This document shows, in pieces, positions 1 through 9,800 of a stretch of DNA of 38,735 bases. The notes under the pieces are model-generated. The model was not told the DNA's origin. It saw only the letters and a list, made by a program, of their open reading frames with translations, and made no database searches. The DNA is from Mitosporidium daphniae (lineage: Eukaryota). Location of the stretch: positions 1 through 38,735 of the forward strand of contig NW_013546401.1 of the NCBI RefSeq assembly GCF_000760515.2, given 5' to 3'. The position numbers and the translations under genes are program-made. How positions within the stretch are numbered: the stretch's first letter is position 1; the number at the start of each line of letters is the position of its first letter.

Positions 1-1
1 C

Positions 2-1444
2 AGCTCAATCGTAAGACGAGCAGTATGTGTCACCGTTCTCGTGTTTTTAATCGTTGTGGCTCTGGTTTTGAAAAGCCCGACATCGTCTGGGGAGCCATCA
101 ACTGCGGCTGCAGCTGCCACGCCCAGTGCCATCTTGATCCCCAAAGTCGAAAACGCCTCCTCCAAAACATCGCGGATAATCTCACTCCAAAAACAGGACT
201 CATTTATGTGGCTAAAAAATTCCATAAAAAAGATGCAGACCCACTATACGGGTTTAGATGGCATGCTGACTGTAGCAATTACAGCGTGTATTTGCATCGC
301 TACGCTACTTGCGTTAAGAGTTGCATATGGTCTGGCCGTTCCGGCACGTTCTCGATCGAAGCATCTTCATACTTATATATTCAAGCTAGCTGGGATATGC
401 ACGGTGATCGGCTTTAGCGCTTATTTCATATCTTCCACAAATTCCTCCAAAAATTCCTCCACAGATTCCCCCACAGATTCCTCCAAAGATCAAAAAGCTG
501 AATACAACAGAGCTAATGGATTATTCTGTAATTTCGCAGGTAAATATCCTGATTACACATGGAGGTTGAAAAATGTGACCGACTTTTATGTTTTCTTCAA
601 TGGGTCTCAAGATAGGACGTATTTTCCTTCAGCATTGAAGCCCATGTTTTACTTTCCCAGGCAGGATGGCTTTTTTACTGCAGAAAAAATCCCGTCCAAC
701 GAAACTAGCAGCCCACCCAAATGGATTAGGTCTTTTTATTGCACCGAGTCTATCGAATTATTTCTCAAAATCTTTTTCATTTCTAGAGGCTTTGTTAATA
801 ACAAATCTTTTCCTGGGGAAACCTTTCGTGATGAATTAGATCACCACATGAAATGTGTTGACAATCGACAAAGCTTTCTTTTGATCCTTACGGAAAACTT
901 GGACTCTTTTCTCAAGAACGACGACGAAATATCCCAGTTTTTTGACCAGAAAACTCTAAAAAACGAAGATTTAGTACAAAAGTTTTTCAAAGGCAATTAT
1001 TCAAATGCTGCTGAAGAGGAGCAGAAACTACGGTATGCTGTATCTACTCATTTCAAGAAATGGGCTGATCATGCACTGGTGCCAGCTGTAATTCAATCCC
1101 ATGGTGTAAATATTACCGTGAAAGAAGACAACACCCTTTCTTTTAAAGGGGCAAAAGGTAAAATCTGGGAATTGGGAAACTATGTTGCTAAAAACGATTC
1201 AAATTTCACCTTTTCGCTTCAAGGCTTGACGAGCGGTGTATTAAAGATACCCATTTTGGGTGAAAAGCTCGAACCTTTAGATCTGCTCAAGGGAATATAT
1301 ATTTGGAATCAAGATAAAATGGATAACTTGGATCATATGAATATGAATATGAAGGCTGCACAGGGCGCGTTGATTGATGCAAGTAATTCCACAATTACGC
1401 TATTGGGATACATGTATCGGAATTTAACCGCCAAAAATAGTTAG
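2..1444 (+). CDS. Uncharacterised membrane protein, 5'-truncated, three N-terminal hydrophobic segments, no intron evident
   Basis: The frame of ORF 41..1444 is open back to position 2. Hydrophobic stretches: AVCVTVLVFLIVVALVL, MLTVAITACICIATLLAL, LAGICTVIGFSAYFI. These are followed by an S/T/N linker and a ~310-aa soluble region with no family motif I recognise. Confidence 0.7.
   Translation, partial: SSIVRRAVCVTVLVFLIVVALVLKSPTSSGEPSTAAAAATPSAILIPKVENASSKTSRIISLQKQDSFMWLKNSIKKMQTHYTGLDGMLTVAITACICIATLLALRVAYGLAVPARSRSKHLHTYIFKLAGICTVIGFSAYFISSTNSSKNSSTDSPTDSSKDQKAEYNRANGLFCNFAGKYPDYTWRLKNVTDFYVFFNGSQDRTYFPSALKPMFYFPRQDGFFTAEKIPSNETSSPPKWIRSFYCTESIELFLKIFFISRGFVNNKSFPGETFRDELDHHMKCVDNRQSFLLILTENLDSFLKNDDEISQFFDQKTLKNEDLVQKFFKGNYSNAAEEEQKLRYAVSTHFKKWADHALVPAVIQSHGVNITVKEDNTLSFKGAKGKIWELGNYVAKNDSNFTFSLQGLTSGVLKIPILGEKLEPLDLLKGIYIWNQDKMDNLDHMNMNMKAAQGALIDASNSTITLLGYMYRNLTAKNS
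435..490 (+). repeat. 12-bp coding tandem repeat, ~4.5 copies (encodes STNSSKNSSTDSPTDSSKD)
   Basis: cacaaattcctc caaaaattcctc cacagattcccc cacagattcctc caaagat. Confidence 0.8.
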
Positions 1445-1517
1445 TTCGAAGTTTGTTGGTGCGCCAATCGCCATTAAGAGGGGTCTATAAAATTAAAATT
1501 TAAAATATCAATTCCAC

Positions 1518-2526
1518 ATGCAAGCATTGAAAGCCGAATTAGAGGCGAAAAAGGCATCACTTGAATATACACGCTCAGAATCACGTAAATTGTACGTTGC
1601 AAGAAGAGATATTGAAAAAGAGCGCGTGAACTCGTATCTATCTGCACATGAGGAGCGCCAATTGGTCAAAAAGAGATGCATTCCCCCACAAGAGACTGTT
1701 CCGTGTCAGCCTATTTCTTCTGCAGAAAAAAAGGAAGCATTACCCCACCAAGCTTCTTACAGCAAAGCTGCAACGATAAAGATAAACACAATTGAAAATT
1801 CAGAGGAGAACCGATTTTCCACGCTTCTTTTCGAGCATCAAGACACACTTTCTCTCGATCTCAAGATGAACAAAGAACACGGCATGACATCACACGAGTT
1901 CCTTTTCCTATTTTTCAAGTTTGTTCATTTTAATTTCTCACATTAGAAAATTGCTACTAGAATGGGAAAAGGCCGAGATCCGGCAAGAACCAACCAACGG
2001 ACAGGTGCTCCATCCTCAACTGCCCCACGAGCATAAGCCCAGGGCATTTCCGGAAAATCAAATGGCCCTGAAGGGCGTCGAAACGAAAATGGACCAGCCT
2101 GAATCTTTGCATCTGAAGGTGATTAGCGAATTGCAGCCTGTTGTCAGGAACAAGCAGTTTCTTTCCGAAATTTTTACCCAAACCAGCCAATATTTGATGC
2201 CGTTTTTTGTGCTTTTGCAAGAACAAAATATTCCGGACTCGGTGATTGAACACCTTATGGAGATTGTCGGCTTTTTGCAGACGAAACAATATGTCAAGGC
2301 AAACGACGCCTATATACGCCTCTCAATAGGTAATGCGCCATGGCCTATTGGCGTAACCATGGTTTGTATACATGAGCGTTCAGCTCGGGAGCGTATTCAC
2401 TCGAATCAGGTAGCACATGTGCTAAACGATGAGCGTCAACGCAAGTGGATCCAGTCCATCAAGCGGTTGATTTCCTTTTGCCAACGCGCATACCCACCTG
2501 CCCGTATTACGCAGGCTCTAGGCTAG
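1518..2526 (+). CDS. PRP18: Pre-mRNA splicing factor Prp18; 2 exons (intron 1919-1946)
   Basis: Prp18 signature YVKANDAYIRLSIGNAPWPIGVTMVCIHERSARE...HVLNDERQRKWIQSIKRL. A 28-nt GT-AG intron joins the two ORFs in frame (FFK|KLLLEWE). Confidence 0.93.
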
Positions 2527-2641
2527 CTATAAATACCGCAGGGTCTCGTCTCATTTGGAAATCGGGGGGGGGTTTAATTTCCATTTCGCTAGCGTTCTGA
2601 CTCCGCCCTTTGATTTGTTTTGGTCTAGTTGTATGATTAGT

Positions 2642-3655
2642 TTATTGAAGGCTCCTTGGTTTAAGCCAGCGCGCCTGTATGAATGTGCGCTCGAGATCGA
2701 GGCCATCTCTCGCGTTCACGGTCCGCCGCGTGACGTACCTGTTTTCCAGGACTACAAATCCTGCTCCTGAAAAAAGCGCCTTCGCGTACTCTGCCAATAA
2801 ATAGTAAATGGGCATGTCAAATGGGATCGGTGAAGGGTATGGTTAATGGTAAAGTTAGCCCGAATCACGGGTGATGATAGGAAACATAAAAAGTAAAGCG
2901 TGGAGGCCTACCTGCAGAAAAGAAGAAGGAAAGCGTCCCATCCTGCCGTACAAAAGTATGTTCGTCAATTTTTCTGTCCTCTTTAAAGCGGAGCTGTGCC
3001 AAATCATTAACTGCATAATCGCGGAAGAAGAGCACACTACCTGGCCGGAGGAGCTAGGATTCAATGCAGAAAGGCTTACCTCAAAGGCATTCCGGACCAC
3101 TAGATTATGGCTGGCTGGAGGTACTGCTGAAAGCATAAAGACGAGCGTCGCGAGTGTAAAGCTTGGATGCATCTTGGTCGTGTCAAGTAGGGAGTAAAAA
3201 TTCTTCCATGTTGGGGCTGGACTGGCATCCAAGCACAGGCCTTGCATGCCAAAATTACAGTTAATGTCTTGATTCTTGTGCATGGGAAGGCCAAGGGCCA
3301 ATTGACCCTGAGAGATATCTGTGGCAAAATCAAAAGCGGCCACCCAAAGCCGATGTGCAAACCGCTCATATTCGGGTGATTCCATGATCAGCTTTACTGC
3401 CTCTGTGGATATCTCGACACCATAGCAACGCAGCAATGGAAACTCTCTAAGTAACGGAAAAAGCAGATTCCCTACACCACACCCAATCTCAAGCAGGAAA
3501 TGACCTTCCCCCTCTCCAGACAACTCTGCAAATTCAGTACCGAGCCAGTGACGATCACGGAAAAAGTGGTCCTTGTTACGACGATAAAAGAGATTCCAGC
3601 TCTTCTCACCACACTCAGAAAGGTATTTGGACGTCCAAAATGGCGGTATCACCAT
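2642..3655 (-). CDS. METTL6: tRNA N3-methylcytidine methyltransferase (METTL6/METTL2/Trm140 family); introns 3054-3079 and 2791-2911
   Basis: WNLFYRRNKDHFFRDRHW, LLEIGCGVGN (SAM motif I) and LVFMLSAVPP. After splicing: LRPGSVLFFRDYAVNDLAQLRFK...FVRQDGTLSFFFS and last exon GFVVLENRYVTRRTVN...RTFIQARW. The ATG at 3655 is preceded by an AT-rich motif. Confidence 0.88.
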
Positions 3656-3712
3656 CACTTAAATGTACAAAATTTATTCAAACTTCGGACACCTCTGATA
3701 AGTGCGCATCCT

Positions 3713-3857
3713 TCAATTGAGCCGCGGCTATCGACCAAAAATCGGTGAGCCAAAGATCAGCATACCAAGGCACACGCTAATGATAGATGGCAAAAGGAAA
3801 TTTCAATTTCGATGCCACGACCACCGGGAGTCTGACTTGGTGACCATCAGGGTTAGG
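3713..3857 (-). ncRNA. Candidate structured Sm-class RNA (U1-like hairpin series without the canonical U1 5' end)
   Basis: Consecutive hairpins at 3782-3825 and 3756-3781, Sm-like AUUUUUGG at 3735-3742, terminal hairpin at 3713-3734, and loop GGUCACCAAG near 3836-3845. Folded by eye only. Confidence 0.35.
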
Positions 3858-6800
3858 TCAGAATTCAGGATGCCATCGTGGGTCCACGCCAGAAATATCT
3901 TGACAGGCCTTCGATGCCTGTGAAATGAGCTCGACGATAGGTGCATAAAGTGAGACTGGCAGTGGTTGCTTGACCTTGGATTCGCTCTGGACGGTAGCTT
4001 GGGTTCCGGCTGCTGTTGATCCCCCATCCTGAATGTCTTCTTGGGAAAAGACGACCTGGCTCACGTAAGCAGAGACATGTGCAGAAATGATGTCCTTTTC
4101 TTTCTCGCAAGCAAGAACTTTGATGCGTTCTAAAGCCCCTCGTGCATGAATAGAGGGACCACGAACCCGTTGCTCCATCGTTGGCTGGCTACCAGCTAGA
4201 AGATCAAAGAGATCGCTAATTTCTTCAGAGCGATGGGAAAGTTCATCCGCAAGGGCATGCACGGATGGCACAAAGAGCCCATCTACAAAAACACGGCCCA
4301 AGAATGTTTGCAGTGCAGGTCCCATACGGAACACAAGGGGAGCATGCAGCACACGCATACCCGGTGCTTGGGTATCATAACGCAGCGATGAAGGGTCAAT
4401 TTTGATAGCACAAGCAGAGTTGGGCTGCGTCGACATTTCTTGCGAGGCATTTGGAGCCCGTTCAGTGGCTGATAAAGCCAGTTCATGTGCCGTAGCGTCA
4501 AGACGCTCAAACAGCGCAGCGCCAATCCAGGAGAGCCGACCGTGCGCCAAAGGGCCTAACCCAATTGAGGCTAAATCGCGCTGCCGTACGCTTCCCAGGA
4601 TGCTCCATCCCGTGATCAGAGCAGCCCATTGTAGTGCAAACGACTTGCGATAAAGCCAATAGTCTTGAGAATTGGCCAGCCGTGCAGCTACGAATGCTGC
4701 CAGTACTGAGGAACACGCCATCTGTATGTCCTGTTCTTTAGCCGGCGTTTGGGGCTTCATTGGCCCTGCCGTTGCAATTTCTACTTCCGCCGGCTGAGCA
4801 GCGGCGCCGGTGGTCGTATTTAAGCATTGAGCCATGGAGAGCGGGTCTACAATGATGTCTGGAGATGCAAGAACAACCATGCAGGATCCATTTCCATTCA
4901 GAGCATCAGAGGCAATTAGTGGCAACAAAGATGAATTCCACGTGAGCAGCGGAGATGCCCGTTGGCGAACCAGACGCCCCTTTGAGGCAACTCCGCCCAG
5001 CATCCAAAGAAGCCGCGATGCTGTGGCCGCACCAAGTATGGCATTGACCCTTTCGGTGTCATTAAAAATGGTAATAGCCCGCACACTGCCATCACTAAGA
5101 TATACCACAAGCCCATAATGACCATCTGTTTGGCGCAGGATGGCACCAAAGGAGTCGATTTTTGTAGATGATGCCCCAGTATCGCCTTTGCGTGGTAATA
5201 CCAAACGCTGACCAGGTAATTCGAGCTCATCATCCATTGGGAGACGTGGGAACGAAGAAAGCCAACGCGAAGTTACATGCACAGGGCTCACTACCACATT
5301 GCACCGTTTCTTTTTTGAGGGCAGGTGATTGTTTTTCTTTGCCGACATTAGGCTGTTTTGCACTTCCCCCAAAAAGATGATCATTGTCTCCGTGGCCAAA
5401 GGATGGACTGCCCGTAGCATAGACAATAGCGCTGCCATTTCGTCTCCATTAGAATCCAAAGCTTTGCTTCGAATACGTGCTGAAAGCGGATAAAAGAGAA
5501 GATTCGGGAAAAGGCGTCCAATGCGCTGCAATAAGCTTCGTAGCCTGGAGCCTAGCTCCATGGTTGAGCTAGAGCCCGGAGAATCTCGCAAGTCATCAAG
5601 CATTTCTTCCAGAAACGGTAGCCACGGAGCCAAAGGAAGCTCTGCCAAATACAGATCAAAAATGCCTGCAAGCTCTGGCGCCATTCGCAACATCTTCAAA
5701 ATCATAGAAGCAAGTAACAAAGCTTGACTGTGCGTGCACCCATTGCTCAGTCCAGAGCCATAGCGGAGATCCTCAGCATCTTCATCGCAAAAAGAGCGCT
5801 CATGCGAAGATGAGTTTGTCCCGTTTGGATCAGAAGAAGAGGCAGATGCCACAGAAGATGATGCTGTTGAAGGATCATTGCGTCTTTGGTTGGCATTTTG
5901 GTGATGAGACGCAGAAGAGGAAGAGGATGTTCCAAGAATCATTGCCTGCAAGTAACAGTGAATAGCATGCATTGCAAATGTTTGTGCGTTAGGCTCCTCC
6001 GGATACGGTGTCAATGCAGTAAATGAGGTCAACGTCGACGGAGAGGTTGTCCCCAGTGAAGTGGCGGATGTGATATTCAGCGAACATGGTGGTGGTTTTG
6101 CTAGGCCAGGAGATCTTCCAGCGGTCAATGAGGATTCATCTGCGGAGCACGTGCCAGCAGCTTCCACGCCCAAATCATGATTTTCTTCTTCTTTTTTGGC
6201 GATAAATGCACGGAAGCGGCGGCGATTATAATGACCCCAGGCAGCCCAGGCGCGTCCGTGGTTGATGTCCAGCTGTACTGCTTGCGAGTGAACCTTGTTT
6301 GCTTCTTCAATTCCGGTGAGGTTAAGAGCCTCCAAAAAACGGCCTTTAAGGGAAAAAAAGTCCGACTTTTGAGAGGCGCCAAAGTATGCCAAATTTGTAG
6401 AGTTGATAATCTCAAGCCCAGCTACAAGCAACAACGTTCCCGGAGACGCACAGCATGCCGTGGAACTGGATTTGGCTGCGCCTTGGTCATCCGCACATCC
6501 TTCGGTGGCTTGTGCCGTGCTGCTGTTGGTGTCCGTATTTGCACTTGTAGCCCCTCCACTAGCACCACCAAACGTAGCAGCAGCGTGAAGTGGTACGGCC
6601 GCTGTCAGCCATGGTGCTGACAGCGGATCGTAAAATGCATCAAGATAGCATTGTGCTTGCTCGCTCAACTTCCAAAAAGCATCTTGAATCTCGATGTTGG
6701 GCAGCGTGTAAATCTTATTGAGCAGCTGTACGCAAATATCTGGAAGACGATGGCGACGAGCTACAGTCGCAAAGCGATTGATCAGCCATGCGCTTTCATG

Positions 6801-9800
6801 ATAACCGCGATAAATCAGGGTTCCTCCAGAAGATGCAGCAGAAGAGGCCGAAGATGGGGCCGTAGATGGGGCGTTCATATTGCCAGGACCTGCGGCTCCA
6901 CCCATTATCACCATGTTGTCTAGTTCCGTAACGGTGGCTGCAAAGAGCCCATTGATGGCCGAAAAGAGAGACTGCCTCCAAGCAGCCAGCTCAGACCATG
7001 CCCCAATGGAATCATAATGGATGGAGGGAAGCCGTTCCCGCCAGGTGCCCAAGATTCCTCTGAGCTCTTGCACCATAGTCAATTGGGGCTGGAGCGGTGA
7101 TGCATTGGAAAGGTGAAGATTGCCCGCTCCACCGCCTCCAGCACCAAGGAAAAGTCCGGCAGCTTCCTGCACTTCCACAAAAAGCTGAAAGAGAATTGAT
7201 AGCGAATCATTTTGAGATGAGCCGATAAGTGGCCATGGCATGGCGGCCCATTGTGCAAGAGTCACCTGGAAACCTTCCTCGATAAGGCGGCCCAACTCAG
7301 CGACACGCCGACCAGAGAGGACTGTTGATCCAGAGGATGCGTTAGCTCCTGGCCCATGGATCCCACCAGAAAGGCCAGCACCAGCGCTGGTACCAGTACC
7401 GCCCCCGCCGATATTTCCAACAACTCCCGTGATGATTTGATGTAAGTGAAGCAGAGCATCGTAAAAAAGACGCTTAGGTGTTGGGGCATCCGCAACAAGC
7501 TCTAGTGCCGCGCGCACAGCGGCTTGATCTTTAGAGGTGCTCCAGTCCAACAAGCGCCAAGATGCATCAAGTGAGAGGTCGATGTCATTGTCTACCTTTG
7601 CAAGTTCAACCAAAACGTCCCATTGTTGCAGCCGCCGCGCAGCAGCGATCCATCGCTCCTGCCATTGTTGCATTTCATCCCCGCCTTCTCCGAATGAATG
7701 GGAAGAGGCATTTTCAGACTTTTTTGCATCACAAGATGAACCTTTCCGGGCACCATAAGCATCATAATAAAAGGAAGATCCATCACCGCTAGGGCAAGCG
7801 GTACTATCACACGGATCTTTCATGATGTTGACGATGTTTCCAACTTCGTTCTTGACAAGTGGTTCTGTGGCAAGACGTCCTGCTCGCGCAACAGCCTGCG
7901 CAGCCTCCAAAACTACTTGTGCACCTTCAAGATATTCGGCCTGTTCCAGCGAGCTCGCAAGAATGGTCTGCCCGTGGCGTGCCTGGCATCTCCGTGCCCC
8001 GAATGCACCATCACTCTCTCCCATTGCTTCATATAAATAGCCGAGAGCCTCATAATTTTGTGAAGCCCTACACATGGTCTCAAGAGAAAGTACAGGTGCA
8101 AACCAATTGAAGTTTTTGGCAAGGTACCGTAGCAGCATCTCACTGAGCCCAAACTGTACCATGATTTGGGGATGATGTAATGCGAGAGCTGAAATAGCCT
8201 CCAACAGCGTACATGCCGGTAGCGTGTGGTTTCGCGGGGACCAAGAAGTGGAAGAAGAGGAGCTAAGCAAATGATATGGCCGTGATAGATTGTATGAGAG
8301 ATCAGCCCCTATGGTTGAGAGCAATATCATGTCGGTTCCTTCGCGTTCGCGGTTTTGAGAAGCAGCTATGGCGATTTCGCCAAAACATCGTACCCAGCAT
8401 ACATGAGCCCAAGCTCCATCTACACGGGCTAGGGCTGAAATCGGACCTTGAAATTGGGAAAGTAAAGGTCCTCGAGCACGTTGTATGAGGGCCAAAGCTT
8501 CGTGGATCCAATATGAGGTCGCAATGGCCTCCCAGTTCTGAACGCCAAGAATATAACGCAGGGCTTTAAAGGGACCCTCCAGTGATGGTTGCGCAAATTC
8601 AAGAGAAAGATAAATCACCTCAATTAGCTGATCATACAGCTCAGGCTCGCCTCGACATTCTACCATCAAAGATAAAAAGTCTTTCTGTAGTTGAAAGGTT
8701 ACTTCTGAATGTGCAAATGACGAGCAGGGCATCGCTTCAGGGGTAGATCGGGAAGGAAGATCCATTGATACATGGGACTTTCCATACACCAGACAAAGTA
8801 GCTGAACCATAGCCCGGCGCACTTTTCGGATACTTCCGAGCCGAATCTTGGCTAGAAGTAGGCCCAAATCACCCCAATGGTGAAGATTATGATCACCATC
8901 TTGGCCATTTGGGTGATCATCACGGCCGGCTCCAAAGTGACCTTCCATGGCCTGATGGCCCGAATCAGAGGAATTTTCGCGGAGCTTCGCGTAACAAGAG
9001 GCAGCCATAAAAAGCAAGTCCATTTTCTCTTTCAACATGAAAGTTCCCCCGTTGAGCCAGTGAAAAATTCTCACCAGAATATCTTCGATTACGGCAAGAG
9101 GATAAAGCATCGGATGCGAGGTAATCATTCCGATCACGCCAAGGAATTTTTGTCGCTCCTCGCTAGATGAGACCAAGTTAGATGCCAAAGCATCCCTTTC
9201 AATGATATCAAAAATGAGTATCATTGCTAAGCCACGAATGGTGGAGAGTATCTCTTGAGGACCGCCCATTAAAATATCCTTTTCCGTGATAATGGCGGTA
9301 CAGAAAGCAACCTCAGAAGCAGAGGCCGGGGCTCCCGGCGCAAGTGCTTCGCGTGCCAGATCTGACAGCATGCTAATTAGCACCGAAATAGGAAGCAATG
9401 TTGGAGGTGCAGCTGCGATGGAGGCGGTAGATTTCGCCTGAAAGTCATTGTTATCTTCGTGAGCGTACAACACTTCACCAGCTATTGTCGGCAAGGCGGC
9501 AGTTGTACGTTTTGAAGAAACAGCGCCAAAGTTCGACCAAATAAAGAGCAAGACAGGCAGCAGTGAAGGAAGCGAAACTATGAGTGCCGGATTGAAATCA
9601 GAGGGAACAACATCCAGTCTTTCCACAACTTGACCGTTTTTCTTATAAAATAAAAGACCAGAAAGCGACAGTGAAATACGAAGCGAGAGCACAGATGAAA
9701 GAAGAGGAGAAGATGTCATTGCAGACGAGAATGAGTTTGCTCCCCCACTAACACCATGTTGAAGCAGCGATGTTGGGTATGAAAAAAAGAACCCAGGAAA

